Shown here: one piece after another, positions 23,346 through 32,959 of the stretch | Layout of the letters: each line of letters begins with the position of its first letter | Position numbering within the stretch: position 1 is the stretch's first letter | Assembly (NCBI GenBank): GCA_038231275.1 | Contig: JBBRLQ010000021.1 | Coordinates: 1-64,000, forward strand | DNA length: 64,000 nucleotides | Source of the DNA: Polyangiales bacterium | Lineage (GTDB): Bacteria; Myxococcota_A; Polyangia; Polyangiales; Polyangiaceae | Direction of reading: 5' to 3' | The notes under the pieces: generated by a model | Told to the model about the DNA's origin: nothing | What the model saw: the letters and a program-made list of their open reading frames with translations, nothing else | Database searches by the model: none | Made by a program: the position numbers and the translations under genes

Positions 23346-26300
23346 TCAGCGCTTGGGCGTACGGCCCTTACCGTTGGTCGGATGCTCTTCGTTGTCGTCG
23401 ACGATCTCGACGAGATCGCTGTCGTCATCGGCGATGAGGAGCTCCTCGTCGTCGACCATGATGGCCGGGGACGAGCCGATCTCCGTCTCGTCGCTCACGT
23501 CGACCACCATCTCGGACGGGTTCAGCGGCGCGCTCGTCTGCGTGTGGTCGGAGTCGTAGCGGCGAACCTTGGGGTGGGCATGCGTCGTATCGAGCGGATC
23601 GTGCCCCTGCGCGGCGAGCTCCGTCGGCACCGGCATCTCGCCGGTCGCGCCGAGGTTGTCCTCTTCCTGCATCGTCGGCTGGTGCGGCCGCACGTCCGCC
23701 ATCGTGTGGGTCGCGAGCACGCCGGTGTCTTGGGATTCGGGGCCGGGGAGCTGATGCGCGATGAGCTCACCGGCGTCGCTCGGGCTCTCTTCGCGGACGG
23801 TGCTCGGGGCGAGGGCGCTCGGAGCTCCGACCACGTTCGCGGTCGCCTCGTCGGCCGACGAACGGAAGGTCATGTCCGCCGGCCGCTCGGCGCGCTCCTT
23901 CGAGCTCAGCGCCACGGTCTCGAGCGAGCCGGGCTTCACCGTCGGCGCGCCGAACGCATCGAGGCTGGTTGACCCGGTCGGCGCGTCGCCGAGGTCGTGG
24001 TGACCGTGCACGAGCACGCCCTCGTCCAGGTCGACGTCGAGCTCCGGGAACGCGCGCGTCGTGTGCGCTTCGTCGCCGTGCGCGTGCGCGACCTCCACGG
24101 TCTCGGGCGGCAGGGGCGGCATCCCTCCGTTCGGCGGAGAGGACCGGGTCGTCGGCGAGGAGAGCGGCGGCGGCTGCGAGCGTCCGGCGGTCGGCGGATG
24201 CGACGGCGGCTGCGAGTACGACGCGGGCGACCCGAGCGAGGACGGTGGCTGCGACGACGGTCCCATGATCGGCGGCGCGTAGGCGTCGTCCGCGTTGGGG
24301 TCCGGCTTCTTGAGCATGTTGCTCTTCGAGCGCTCCAGCCCCTGGGTCGCCTCGGCGTCGCCCGGCTTCATGCGCAGCACACGGCGCCACGCGTCGGCGG
24401 CCTCGCGGGGATCGGCGAGCTGCTCTTCCCACATCCGCGCGACCTTGCGCGCGAGCTCGGCGCGGGCGTTCATGTCCTTGCCGCGGAGGATCTGGTCCTC
24501 GTAGAGCTGGACCATCCCGCGGTAGTCGCCGAGCTCGGTCAAGAGGCCGCTCAGCTCCGACATGACGGCCTGATCGGTCGGCGACAGGTCGTGGAGCTTC
24601 TTCAAGTCTGCGGCGGCGCCGGGCTTGTCGTTCATCTGCTCGCGGCGGATCTTCGCGCGTCGCGCGAGTAGCTGGCGGACGAGCGGCCCGTCGAACACGT
24701 CGGTGAGGGCGTGCGTCAGCGACTCTTCGGCGCGCCGCGGATCGCTGATCTCGATGCCGAGGCCTTCGAGCGCGTCGAGCGTGAGGGTGTCGACGTGGGC
24801 GACGAGCGCGTCGCCGAGCCACGCGAAGGCCTGATCGACGTCGCCCAGATCCGTGTGCGCCATCGACGCCGCGCGCCGGAGGAGCGAGCCGCGCGTGCGA
24901 CCGCCGTCCCGCGCGCCGGTGCCCCCCGCCGCCATCGCCTGGCAGAGCGCGCGGCGGAGCTTCTCGCCGCCGGCCGCCGCGTCGCCCTCGCGCGCCGCGG
25001 TCTCGACCGCCGTGAGCGTCTCGTCGCTCGGCGTTCCGGTGATCGCGAGCTCGAAGAACCCGCGCGCGCGATCGAGCTGGCCACGCGTCGACGCGATCTG
25101 CGCTGCGCGTCCGAGCGCGCGCACGCGATCGGCGGGCGCCTTCGACCGCGAGACCTGGCGCTCGTACAAGTCGATGACGTCGTTCGGCTTCGCCGCGAGC
25201 TGCGCGAGGCGCTCGAGGAGCGGCTCGGCCTCGCTCGGCGCCACGCTCGTGAGCCCGACCTCGCCGTGCTGGATCGCCTCGTTTCGCGGCATCCCGGCCT
25301 TGACGCGGCTCTCCGCCTGCCGCACCAGCTCGTTCGCGCGATCCTGCCCCGTCGCGTCGCGCGACAACAGATCGTGCGCGACCGAGAGCGCGTCGTGATC
25401 GTTCGTCTTGGACGCGAGGTTTTCGAGCCGCTCGGCGAGCTCGCGGTCGGCGCCCTTGCTCCGGACGATTTCCATCGCGACGCGCGCCGCGTCCTGCTCA
25501 CGCCCGACCGTCTCGAAGCGATCGAACGCGCCACGCAGCGCCGTCGTGCGCTCGGCGCCGTGCTTGGCCTCGAACCACCACTCGACGAGCTTCTGCGCGA
25601 CGATGCCCTTCCACCCGAGCCGATCTCCGAGCTCGACGTAGTCCGTGCGGCACGCCGCGTTGCCCTGGTCGGCGAAATCGGTGAGAACGGCGAGCGCCTC
25701 GTCCCCGCGATCGAGCTTGTCGGCGAGGATGCCGGCGAGCTTGCGCGTCATGACGCTCGCTTCTTCTTCGTCGCCCTCGACCTCGATGCGCTCGGCGAGG
25801 AGCGTCGCGACGCGATCCCACTGCTCGGTCTTTTCGCACAGCTCGCAGAGGCGCGAGAGGGCGTCGAAGTCCTCGGGGTCGCCCTTGCGGACCATGTCGA
25901 GCGCGCGGATGGCGCTCGGCGCGTCGCCGAGCTGATCGTAGAGGCGGGCGAGGCGCACGGCGATTTGACCGCGCTCCTGAGGATCGGCGATGAGCTTGAG
26001 CTCGCGCTCGAGCGCGTCGGAGGCGGCGGCCGGTTGGTCGCGCGCCTCTTGCAGGTCGGCGATGGCCTGGAGCGCCGGACGGCACGTGGGATCGAGCTCG
26101 CGAACGATCGCCTCGTAGCGGTTGATCGCGGTGTCGACGTCGCCGATGCCCTCGGCGAGGAGCTCGGCCTCGCGCAGCGCGACGCGCGCCTTCTCGGCCT
26201 TGTCGACGGTGTTCGCCTGGAGGCGGCGCAGCAGCGTGACCGCCTCGTTGTGATCTTCGCGCTCGACGGCGTAGTCGACGAGCTTCTCGAGAGCCTCGCG

Positions 26301-28706
26301 ATCGTCGCCGTCCTCGAGGACCTTGAGCCACAGCTCGCGCGCGAGCTCCTTGTCTTGGAGCTGCGTGGCGTAGAGGTTCGCGGTCTGGCGGCGGATGGCG
26401 ACGCGCTTGCCCCGATCGGTGACGCGATCGCCGCGCTTGCCGAGGAACTCGGCGAGCTTGGGGAAGTCACCGCGCGACTGATAGCGATCCTGGAGAGCGG
26501 AGGCGTAGTCGTCGGCGATCGGATCGAGATCGGTCGCTTGCTCGAGCCTGACGAGCGCGGCGTCCTCGTCCCCCGCCTTCATCAGCTGGTCGGCGGCGCG
26601 CGCGTAGTGGCTCGCCTGTCCCTTGGTGTCGCTCGCGAGGAGTCCGCGCTGACCGGCGGCGTGCGCGGCGCGCTCCCATTTGTCGAGCGTGACGAAGCAA
26701 CGCTCCGCGGCTTCCCACAGCTTCGGAGACTTGACGAGCTCGGCGGCGTCGCCATAGGCCTCGCCCGCGCCCGCGGTGTCGTTCAGCTGCTCGCGGAGCT
26801 CGCCGAGGCGCTCGAGGAGGCCTCCGCGCGCGGTCAGGTCGTCCACCTGCGGCGCGTTGTCCGCGATGATGTTGGCGGCCATGTCGAGGAGGCCCGCCTT
26901 CTCGAAGAGCTTCGACGCCGTTTGGGTCGGTCGCTCGTCGTCGGGAGAGAGGCGCGCGATGCGACCCCACGCCTCCGCCGCCGCGCCGAGGTCCTTCCGC
27001 TTCTGCTCTTGGAGGAGCGCGAGCTTCTTCTCGAGGGCGATCTTCGTGTCGAGATCGCTCTCGGCGGTCGCCTCTTGCTCGAGCAGGTTGGCGAGATCGT
27101 CCCAACGCTGCTGCTTCTCGAGGAGGCGCGTGAGCGCGGTGCGGGCGCTCTCGTCGGTGCGATCGATCGCGAGGAGCTGCTTCCACGCGGAGATCGCGCC
27201 GTCGATGTCGCGCAGGTTCCCTTCGCAGAGGCCGGCGACCTCGCGCAGGCGCTCCTTGCGCGTTTCCATCGCCTCGTTCTGCGACGCCTGCAGGCGAACG
27301 CTCGCGAGGAGCACGTCGCGCAGCTGCGCGTAGTCACGCTTGCTGCGGAGGTAGTCCTCGATCCACGCCAGCGCCTCGGGGTGCGCGGGATCGGCGTCGA
27401 GCACCTCCTTGTATTTGACGAAGGCCTCGGGCTTCTTCCCCTTGCCGGCGAGCATCTGCCCGGCGTCGAGGATTCCCTGGAGCTTGTCGGGCGTGAGCGG
27501 GCCGCCGGTGTTCGGCTGCGCGCGACGGAAGCTCGCCTCGCTGCTGCTCTGCGGCGCAAGAAACGACGCGCTCTCCTCTTCCTGCAGCGTGGGCGGGTGC
27601 GACATTGCCGTCGGCGCTTGGCTGTGGTGCTGCGCCGGCGGCGAGCTCGCGTGCGGCGGCGGGAACGCAGAGCCGGCGGCGTGACGGGCCTCGTTCGCCA
27701 TCGTCCCGTTCGGGTTCGCCTGCAGGTACGCGGCGTAGCGCGGCCGCGACTCGGCGGCGCGCCCGAGCTGCTCGGCGTAGTACGCGAACAGCTGCAGCCC
27801 TCGATCGCTGCCGGGCTGCAAATCGAGCGAGCCGGACGCGTACGCGAGGCCGTGCTCGCCGTCGTATTGCTCGGCGAGCGACACGAGCAGCTCCGCCGCG
27901 GTCGCGCGCTCCTTCGGCGGGATCGGCTCGCCCGCGGTCGCGCGATCGATGACGCTCGACGCGTACTCTTGCGCGAGCCCGGGGTCCTGCTCGTCCATCT
28001 GCCGCGCGGCCAGGAGGACACGCGAAGCGCCGGAGAGATCGCCGGCCTGTCGCCGCGTCCCGGCCTCGTCGCGCATGAGCGCGAGCCGGCGCGTGGGATC
28101 GGACTCGATCTGCAGCTCCGCTTGGTAGAGCGCCAGCGCCTCGTCGAACTGCCCCTGCGCCTTCAGCAGCTCGCGCGCTTGGAAGATCGCGTACGCGCTC
28201 TGCGGATCGAGCTCGATCGCTCGGCGGTAGCTCTCCACGGCCTTCTTCGGTTGGCTGAGCGGCGGCTCGCTCCACAAGCGCCCGAGCTCCTCGTGCATCC
28301 CCGCCAGCTCGCTGCGAAGCTCCGGGTTCTGTCCGATGAGGGCGGCGATGGCCTTGGTGCGACGCTCGAGCAGCGCGACGAGGCCGCGAAAATCACCCTT
28401 CTCGCGGTAGAGCGTCGCCAGTCGCTCGGCGGCGACGGCCTGCGTGGGGTCTTTGTCGATCGCCATCATGAGGACGCGCGCGGCACGGTGCGCGTCGCCC
28501 AGCGTCGTCGACCAGACGTTCGCCGCCTCGGCCAGCCAGTGGCTCGCGTACGAGGGATCCGGCGTCTCGTTGCCTACCTTCTCGAGGAGAAAGGCATACG
28601 ATTTCGGATCCTGCTCGCCCGCTTGATGTGCGTACGCCAGTGCTTCTTCGTCGTGGGGGTCCGCGACGAGGCGCTGGACGATCGCGTCGATTTCGGCCGG
28701 ATCCAT
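23346..28706 (-). CDS. Giant TPR-repeat protein (1786 aa) with Pro/Ser-rich and acidic C-terminal tail
   Basis: Many TPR-like units (AVESYRRAIELDPQS, AISAWKQLLAIDRTD, AADAWRRVLRMKPGD). No signal peptide. Resembles myxobacterial AgmK-like scaffolds. Confidence 0.85.
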   Translation of the reverse strand: MDPAEIDAIVQRLVADPHDEEALAYAHQAGEQDPKSYAFLLEKVGNETPDPSYASHWLAEAANVWSTTLGDAHRAARVLMMAIDKDPTQAVAAERLATLYREKGDFRGLVALLERRTKAIAALIGQNPELRSELAGMHEELGRLWSEPPLSQPKKAVESYRRAIELDPQSAYAIFQARELLKAQGQFDEALALYQAELQIESDPTRRLALMRDEAGTRRQAGDLSGASRVLLAARQMDEQDPGLAQEYASSVIDRATAGEPIPPKERATAAELLVSLAEQYDGEHGLAYASGSLDLQPGSDRGLQLFAYYAEQLGRAAESRPRYAAYLQANPNGTMANEARHAAGSAFPPPHASSPPAQHHSQAPTAMSHPPTLQEEESASFLAPQSSSEASFRRAQPNTGGPLTPDKLQGILDAGQMLAGKGKKPEAFVKYKEVLDADPAHPEALAWIEDYLRSKRDYAQLRDVLLASVRLQASQNEAMETRKERLREVAGLCEGNLRDIDGAISAWKQLLAIDRTDESARTALTRLLEKQQRWDDLANLLEQEATAESDLDTKIALEKKLALLQEQKRKDLGAAAEAWGRIARLSPDDERPTQTASKLFEKAGLLDMAANIIADNAPQVDDLTARGGLLERLGELREQLNDTAGAGEAYGDAAELVKSPKLWEAAERCFVTLDKWERAAHAAGQRGLLASDTKGQASHYARAADQLMKAGDEDAALVRLEQATDLDPIADDYASALQDRYQSRGDFPKLAEFLGKRGDRVTDRGKRVAIRRQTANLYATQLQDKELARELWLKVLEDGDDREALEKLVDYAVEREDHNEAVTLLRRLQANTVDKAEKARVALREAELLAEGIGDVDTAINRYEAIVRELDPTCRPALQAIADLQEARDQPAAASDALERELKLIADPQERGQIAVRLARLYDQLGDAPSAIRALDMVRKGDPEDFDALSRLCELCEKTEQWDRVATLLAERIEVEGDEEEASVMTRKLAGILADKLDRGDEALAVLTDFADQGNAACRTDYVELGDRLGWKGIVAQKLVEWWFEAKHGAERTTALRGAFDRFETVGREQDAARVAMEIVRSKGADRELAERLENLASKTNDHDALSVAHDLLSRDATGQDRANELVRQAESRVKAGMPRNEAIQHGEVGLTSVAPSEAEPLLERLAQLAAKPNDVIDLYERQVSRSKAPADRVRALGRAAQIASTRGQLDRARGFFELAITGTPSDETLTAVETAAREGDAAAGGEKLRRALCQAMAAGGTGARDGGRTRGSLLRRAASMAHTDLGDVDQAFAWLGDALVAHVDTLTLDALEGLGIEISDPRRAEESLTHALTDVFDGPLVRQLLARRAKIRREQMNDKPGAAADLKKLHDLSPTDQAVMSELSGLLTELGDYRGMVQLYEDQILRGKDMNARAELARKVARMWEEQLADPREAADAWRRVLRMKPGDAEATQGLERSKSNMLKKPDPNADDAYAPPIMGPSSQPPSSLGSPASYSQPPSHPPTAGRSQPPPLSSPTTRSSPPNGGMPPLPPETVEVAHAHGDEAHTTRAFPELDVDLDEGVLVHGHHDLGDAPTGSTSLDAFGAPTVKPGSLETVALSSKERAERPADMTFRSSADEATANVVGAPSALAPSTVREESPSDAGELIAHQLPGPESQDTGVLATHTMADVRPHQPTMQEEDNLGATGEMPVPTELAAQGHDPLDTTHAHPKVRRYDSDHTQTSAPLNPSEMVVDVSDETEIGSSPAIMVDDEELLIADDDSDLVEIVDDNEEHPTNGKGRTPKR

Positions 28707-28783
28707 GGGCAGGGTGGCGCGAACGCTACCATCAATCGCCAGGTAGAACTACCTCAACCGACCGAAAACCCGACGTTTTCAGC

Positions 28784-30394
28784 TCACTCGAAAATCCCGT
28801 ACCTGGACGACGGCGCGGCGCTCGGCGAGGCCGCGGGAATGGAGGTCGGGCGTGTTCCGGCTCCACGTGGGCGCCAGCCGCCTCTGGGGTTGGCTTTGGG
28901 GAGGTTCTCGGCGTTCACGGTCGGCGCGTCGAGGCTGCCTTTTCCCGTCGCGCTCGTCGGCGCGGCCGTGGTGGTCGGGGCGGGCGGATCGGGGACCGGA
29001 TCGGTCGTCGCAGCGGTCGGGGGAGTGCGCGGATCCATGGCGGGCGACGTGGCGTGGGGTTCGCGTCGGCGTTGGCCGGCGACGAGGCCGAGCGCGACGC
29101 CGAGCGCGACGACCACCGCGATCGAGAGCATGATCGCAGCTCCGCGCCGGCGAGTCGTGGGGAGCGCCTCCTCTAGAGGCATCGGGTCCGGCTCGTCGAC
29201 GATCGGACCGCTCAGGGCGGAGGGCGGAGGGACGCTCATGGGCGCCGGGCGCACGCTGCGAACTCCGCTGGTGACCGCTGCGCCGAGATCGAGCGTTCGC
29301 GCGAGCTCGTTGCTCATCTGCTCGGCGGTGCTCGGTCGCCCCTTCGCCTCCTTCGCGAGCGCGCGGTTCAGCGCGGCCTCGAGCTCCGCCGGGATGTTCG
29401 CCTCCGGGCACGCCTCGCTCGCCGGCTTCGGCGCGGTCTTGATGTGGCGCGCCATGACGACGATCGCGTCGTTGTCGGTGAAGGGCGGCCGCCCCGTGAG
29501 CATTTGGTAGAGGATGACGCCGAGCGAATACAGATCGCTGCGCGCGTCGAGCGGTTTGCCCTGCGCCTGCTCCGGGGACATGTAGCGCGGCGTGCCGAAG
29601 ACCGTCCCCGCCTGCGTCTCCACGGCGTTCATCGGCGAGTCGTCGGCGCTCGTGATCATCTTCGCGATGCCGAAATCGAGGACCTTGACGATCTCCTCGA
29701 CCTGCCCGTGCTCGCCTTGCTTCACGCGCGCATAGAAGAGGTTGTCGGGCTTGAGATCGCGATGGATGATCCCCTTTGCGTGGGCCTCTGCGAGAGAGCG
29801 GAGGGCTTGGCGCGTCGTCTCGACGGCGAGGTCCACCGGGAGACGACGAAGGCGCTGGAGGCGCTGGCCGAGGCTCTCGCCCTCGAGCAGCTCCATCGCG
29901 AGATAGAACTCGCCGGACTCGCTCTCACCGAAGTCGAAGACGGTCACGGTGTGCGGCGACGCGAGGAGGCTGTTGGCGCGGGCCTCGCGGAGGAAGCGCG
30001 CCTTCGCGGTCGCGTCGCTCGCGCGATCGCTCCTCAGGATCTTGATCGCGACGTCGCGCCCGATCGCGTGCTGCCGCGCGCGGTACACGGTGCCCATCGA
30101 TCCCGCGCCGAGCTTGGAGAGGATCGTGAACCGGTCGCCGAGCGTGCGGCCGACCATCGGATCGCCTTCGATCCCGGCGAGGTCGGACGGCGCCACGAGG
30201 GGCGTCATGTCGTCTGCGCACGTGGTGGCGCGCCCGTCGTAGTAACGCCTGCACTTCGGGCAAATCTTCGCCACGCCAGGAGCCCCAAGAGCCCCGCTGG
30301 AGGGGGTGGGGCCCGGTAGGGGAAGACGCGCAGACGGAGTGGACACGGCTTCGCTCATGGTCGCGCGCCCGGCGGCCCGGCGCAAGCTTGCCAT
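28784..30394 (-). CDS. Hanks-type Ser/Thr protein kinase with N-terminal Cys knuckle and single TM helix
   Basis: LGAGSMGTVY, VAIKIL, HRDLKPDN, DFGIAK, GTPRYMSPEQ, SDLYSLG; N-terminal CPKC...CADD; TM IMLSIAVVVALGVALGLVAG. TAAAAT lies 5 nt before ATG 30394. Confidence 0.95.
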   Translation of the reverse strand: MASLRRAAGRATMSEAVSTPSARLPLPGPTPSSGALGAPGVAKICPKCRRYYDGRATTCADDMTPLVAPSDLAGIEGDPMVGRTLGDRFTILSKLGAGSMGTVYRARQHAIGRDVAIKILRSDRASDATAKARFLREARANSLLASPHTVTVFDFGESESGEFYLAMELLEGESLGQRLQRLRRLPVDLAVETTRQALRSLAEAHAKGIIHRDLKPDNLFYARVKQGEHGQVEEIVKVLDFGIAKMITSADDSPMNAVETQAGTVFGTPRYMSPEQAQGKPLDARSDLYSLGVILYQMLTGRPPFTDNDAIVVMARHIKTAPKPASEACPEANIPAELEAALNRALAKEAKGRPSTAEQMSNELARTLDLGAAVTSGVRSVRPAPMSVPPPSALSGPIVDEPDPMPLEEALPTTRRRGAAIMLSIAVVVALGVALGLVAGQRRREPHATSPAMDPRTPPTAATTDPVPDPPAPTTTAAPTSATGKGSLDAPTVNAENLPKANPRGGWRPRGAGTRPTSIPAASPSAAPSSRYGIFE

Positions 30395-30465
30395 GGCGGA
30401 TTTTACCTGCCGGACAGCCTTCCGAGGGCTATCTGACGCGGCATCTGGCGCGCCACGCTGTACAG

Positions 30466-31302
30466 CTACTGCAGGGGCAGCACGTTGCGCGGATCGCAGA
30501 CCACGGTGGCGTCGTCGGCGAGGACCTCGCCGGGCCCCGATTTGGCAATGCGCGCCGCGATGTCGACCCCTTCGCGGACGCGGCGGGCTTCGAGGGGGAG
30601 ATGGATGAGCTCTGGCGAGCCGGTATCGCCGACGAAGCCGACCAGATCGCCGTTCTGCATGGCCGTTCCGGCCGCCAGGCCAGGTGCCACGCCGTCGAGG
30701 TGGCCGTACAGCATGACGTAGTCGCGGAGCTGTCCGGCTTCGCGCAGCGTGTGGCGCGTCACGACGGTCGTGCCGAACAGCGGCCCGACGTAGAGGACGT
30801 CGGCGCTCCCTTTCTGATGCTCGAGGGCGACGACCTTCACGGGGGTCCCTCGCTTCTGCGGAAGGTCGACGCCGCCGTGGCCGATCGCGCGCAGCGTTCG
30901 GCCGCGGCGCTGCTCGGCGTCAGGGCGATCGAGGTCGTAGCCGCTGACGACGTAGTGGCCGCCGGGGAGGCCGGGCGGGATCGGGTAGGTGTAGAGATCG
31001 TAGCTCTCGGGCCGATCGGGCCGCCGCGGGATCTGCGCGTACTGGGCCCAGCGCCCGCTCCGCTCGCGGTGCGCGTTGGGGAGCTCGGCGGCGCCGGGAA
31101 ATTCGCCGTCATCGTCGGTGGGGAGGCGCACGCACGCGTTGCCGTCGGGCAGCGTGCCGGTCGGACATCCGGCCTCGGCGAGCGCATGCTCCGCGGCGGC
31201 GCGCTGGAATACGAAGGGGATGCGTCGCGCGGGAAGCTCTGCGCCCGCGCTGCCCACCACGAGGGCGCATCCGGCGAGGAGGGCAGGGAGGACGAAGCGC
31301 AC
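30466..31302 (-). CDS. M23/LytM-family peptidase, possibly catalytically degenerate
   Basis: Signal peptide, HGGVDL (HxxxD), YGHLD, GDLVGFVGDTGS. The expected HxH reads HLP. Confidence 0.8.
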   Translation of the reverse strand: MRFVLPALLAGCALVVGSAGAELPARRIPFVFQRAAAEHALAEAGCPTGTLPDGNACVRLPTDDDGEFPGAAELPNAHRERSGRWAQYAQIPRRPDRPESYDLYTYPIPPGLPGGHYVVSGYDLDRPDAEQRRGRTLRAIGHGGVDLPQKRGTPVKVVALEHQKGSADVLYVGPLFGTTVVTRHTLREAGQLRDYVMLYGHLDGVAPGLAAGTAMQNGDLVGFVGDTGSPELIHLPLEARRVREGVDIAARIAKSGPGEVLADDATVVCDPRNVLPLQ

Positions 31303-31343
31303 GTGATCAGGATAGAGCGGAAGTCGTGTGGTAGACAGGTCCC

Positions 31344-32024
31344 GTGAGCACCGACATCCAAGCCCGCCTTGACGCCCTCTTCGACGCCGAGCGCGCGGTC
31401 CGCAAGACGCACGAGGAGCTACTGCACGGCGATCGCGCGGCGCTGATCAAGGCGGTACGCGCCGCCGTGGACTCCGCGCTCGCCGACGTCGGAGACGCGG
31501 GCGACGACGCGAACGTGCGCCTGGTTCGTCTCGCGGCGCTGCTCGGCGACGTGGAGGGCGGCGGCGAGGTCGCGGTCGACGCGCTCATCGATATCCTCGC
31601 GTGCGAGGAGCCCGAGGCGCGGCACGTCGCCGGTCAGGCGCTCGAGGATCTCGCGTTCGATCGGTTCAAGGAGGTAGCGCTCGGCATCGAACGCGCGCTC
31701 GTACGTTTGCCGGTCGGGAGCGCCGCGTTGACGGAGCTGCCGTACCTCCTCGCGGAGGTCGCCGAGCCCGGGTGCGTGAAGCTCCTCGGAAAATTTCTCC
31801 AGCACGCCGACGCGGACGCGGTCGCCTCGGCGATCGAGGCCCTCGTCGAGATGGGCGATCCGGCCGCTGCCGCGATCTTGGCGCCGCTCGAGAAGGACGC
31901 GCGTCAGGTGCAACTCGACGAAGAAGACGCCGAGCGCGTCTCGATCGGCGATCTCGCCGCAGAGGCGCGCCAGCTGCTCGCGGAGCTGGAGCCGGCGCCG
32001 GCGACGCGAAAGGGCGCGCGTTGA
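31344..32024 (+). CDS. HEAT-repeat protein
   Basis: ALIDILACEEPEARHVAGQAL, LGKFLQHADADAVASAIEALVEMGD. Confidence 0.75.
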   Translation: MSTDIQARLDALFDAERAVRKTHEELLHGDRAALIKAVRAAVDSALADVGDAGDDANVRLVRLAALLGDVEGGGEVAVDALIDILACEEPEARHVAGQALEDLAFDRFKEVALGIERALVRLPVGSAALTELPYLLAEVAEPGCVKLLGKFLQHADADAVASAIEALVEMGDPAAAAILAPLEKDARQVQLDEEDAERVSIGDLAAEARQLLAELEPAPATRKGAR

Positions 32025-32905
32025 GTCAGCCCCCGCCGCCCTCGGCGGGCCGTACGCGCGGCAGCTCGCCGCCGCGCCCGAGCCGGCCGCCCCTGCGCGC
32101 GCGCCCGGTGCTCGGACCGAGCGAGGCGGCGCTGTTCGAGACGTTCGTAGTCCCTCGCTACATGTCGCTCTTCGGCGATCTCATGATGGAGATGGTGGCC
32201 GAGGGGCCCGACGCTCAGGTCGTCCACCTCCAGTGCCGCACCGGGTATCCCGATCGTGGCATGCTCGCGAAGCTGCCGGGCGCGCATTTCTACGGCGTCG
32301 ATTCGTCGGCGCCGGCGATCGAGCTCGCGCGCGCCAAGGCGCAGACGATGAGCGGCATGGTGGCGAGTTACCGGACCGGCGAGCTCCCCGTGCCGCTGAC
32401 CGCCGGCGCGTTCTCGCACGGCTACTCGCTGCATCCTTTCGTCGTTCCCGACGAGCGCAAGCGTCTCTTCGCCGAGCTCGCGCGCCTCGTCGCGCCGCGC
32501 GGTCAGGTGCTCGTCGCGATGCCGATGCGTGGGAGCTTCGTCGAGATCGTCGACCTCTTGCGCGAGTACGCGCTCAAGCACGAGGCCGGCGAGGTGTCGA
32601 AGGCCGCCGAGGCCGCGGTGCTCCTGCGTCCGACGGTCGACGAGCTGAAGAAGGAGGTCGCGGCTGCCGGCTTCGATTTCGTCGAGGTCGAGCTCCGCGC
32701 GCACACGCTGGCGTTCAAGAACGGCCGCGATTTCTTCGAGGATCCGGTGACGCGCCTCCTCTTGGTGCCAGAGCTCGCGATCAGCCTCGGTGACGCGAGC
32801 GAGGCGCCGTTCGCCTACGTGCGCGACGCGATCGATCGCTACTGGAGCGACGACGATTTCACGCTCACGGTCCTCGTCGGCAGCGTCAGCGGCCGCCGCG
32901 TCTAA
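32021..32905 (+). CDS. Class I SAM-dependent methyltransferase-like protein
   Basis: Degenerate motif I VVHLQCRTG, FYGVDSSAPAIELARAK, FAELARLVAPRGQVLV. TTGA overlap with the HEAT gene. Confidence 0.75.
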   Translation: MSQPPPPSAGRTRGSSPPRPSRPPLRARPVLGPSEAALFETFVVPRYMSLFGDLMMEMVAEGPDAQVVHLQCRTGYPDRGMLAKLPGAHFYGVDSSAPAIELARAKAQTMSGMVASYRTGELPVPLTAGAFSHGYSLHPFVVPDERKRLFAELARLVAPRGQVLVAMPMRGSFVEIVDLLREYALKHEAGEVSKAAEAAVLLRPTVDELKKEVAAAGFDFVEVELRAHTLAFKNGRDFFEDPVTRLLLVPELAISLGDASEAPFAYVRDAIDRYWSDDDFTLTVLVGSVSGRRV

Positions 32906-32959
32906 CGCGAAGCGTCCGCTGCGAGACTCAAGGAGCGCTTCGCTCCAGCTGCGCTTCTC

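Noticed and set aside
24711..29510. 1599-aa plus-strand ORF
   Set aside because: Antisense shadow of the TPR giant and kinase; no motifs. Long stop-free antisense frames are expected at this GC content.
32931..32947. GGAGCG-CTT-CGCTCC hairpin as a REP element
   Set aside because: Single short hairpin between convergent genes with no second copy seen; at most a weak terminator.
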